The notes under the pieces: model-generated
Told to the model about the DNA's origin: nothing
Seen by the model: only the letters and a program-made list of their open reading frames with translations
Database searches by the model: none
NCBI GenBank assembly: GCA_034439735.1
Contig: JAWXAX010000302.1
Span: 40,338 to 104,337, forward strand
From: Rhodothermales bacterium
GTDB lineage: Bacteria; Bacteroidota; Rhodothermia; Rhodothermales; JAHQVL01
Length of the DNA: 64,000 nucleotides
Direction: 5' to 3'
Position numbers and translations under genes: made by a program
Part shown: in pieces, positions 63,792 to 64,000 of the stretch
Position numbering within the stretch: position 1 is the stretch's first letter
Layout: every line of letters starts with the position of its first letter

Positions 63792-64000
63792 AAGGTCACG
63801 TTCACACCGGCCTGGATCGACCGGCCGGGCGACGGCTCGAAAAACCGTCCGCCGAAGGCATTTACCACCACCGAGCCGGCGTATTTCCTATCGAAAGCAT
63901 TGGCGAGCCGCACGAACGGCGTGGCCTGGACCCCTCCTGCGTCGATGCGGGCGCCGAGGTTGAGGTCGATGAGCGTATAGCCGTCGTTTTTCTGCGTATT
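63788..64000 (-). CDS. TonB-dependent receptor, C-terminal fragment (gene continues beyond the window)
   Basis: My own minus-strand translation: NTQKNDGYTLIDLNLGARIDAGGVQATPFVRLANAFDRKYAGSVVVNAFGGRFFEPSPGRSIQAGVNVTL*. This is a typical TBDR terminal beta-strand region. Not in the ORF track because no start lies in the window. Confidence 0.75.
   Translation of the reverse strand, partial: NTQKNDGYTLIDLNLGARIDAGGVQATPFVRLANAFDRKYAGSVVVNAFGGRFFEPSPGRSIQAGVNVTL

Noticed and set aside
63469-63980. ORFs 63469..63963 and 63606..63980 across the 13/14-bp array (RRIMSPHRVAPS repeats)
   Set aside because: They are generated by the tandem repeat plus the antisense of the TonB-dependent receptor C-terminus. 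The receiver-strand translation is a clear TBDR, so these are shadow ORFs.

Overview
High-GC chromosomal segment whose gene content looks like a Bacteroidota/Rhodothermota-type organism: T9SS accessory genes (DUF4835/PorD-like, PorP/SprF-like, a type-B CTD cargo), S46 dipeptidyl-peptidases, a TonB-dependent receptor, and S16 with a long Ala/Glu tail. I call about 57 protein genes and one tRNA-Leu(UAG). I saw no rRNA, CRISPR, transposase, integrase or phage genes. Housekeeping blocks are rfbB-rfbA, polA, ffh, rpsP-rimM-trmD-rplS, smpB, tyrS and tsaC. Accessory blocks are: (1) a BlaI/BlaR1-like pair with a HEAT-repeat C-terminus and a dyad operator over a TTGACA-17-TATCTT promoter; (2) a five-gene envelope operon with a ComEA-HhH/beta-barrel fusion and a CheY-like receiver, divergent from porD; (3) tandem S46 peptidase paralogs; (4) a 12-kb, ten-gene operon joining an FG-GAP/CARDB type-B-CTD protein, a PorP/SprF-like protein, an ExbB with a long Ig-like C-terminal extension, two ExbD and a non-canonical protein in the TonB position; (5) an MFP-RND-RND efflux operon. 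Block 4 is my best candidate for an undescribed system. At the DNA level there are several families of short structured or tandem repeats placed right at stop codons or in operon spacers. These include GCAGGTT/AACCTGC word hairpins, a two-hairpin element showing compensatory changes, GTAGAGACGC palindromes, and tandem arrays with 7-, 12-, 13/14- and 14-bp periods. One DUF5916-like gene carries an in-frame TAA. All calls come from reading motifs by eye. No database search or statistic was run, and non-ORF coordinates may be off by 1-2 nt.
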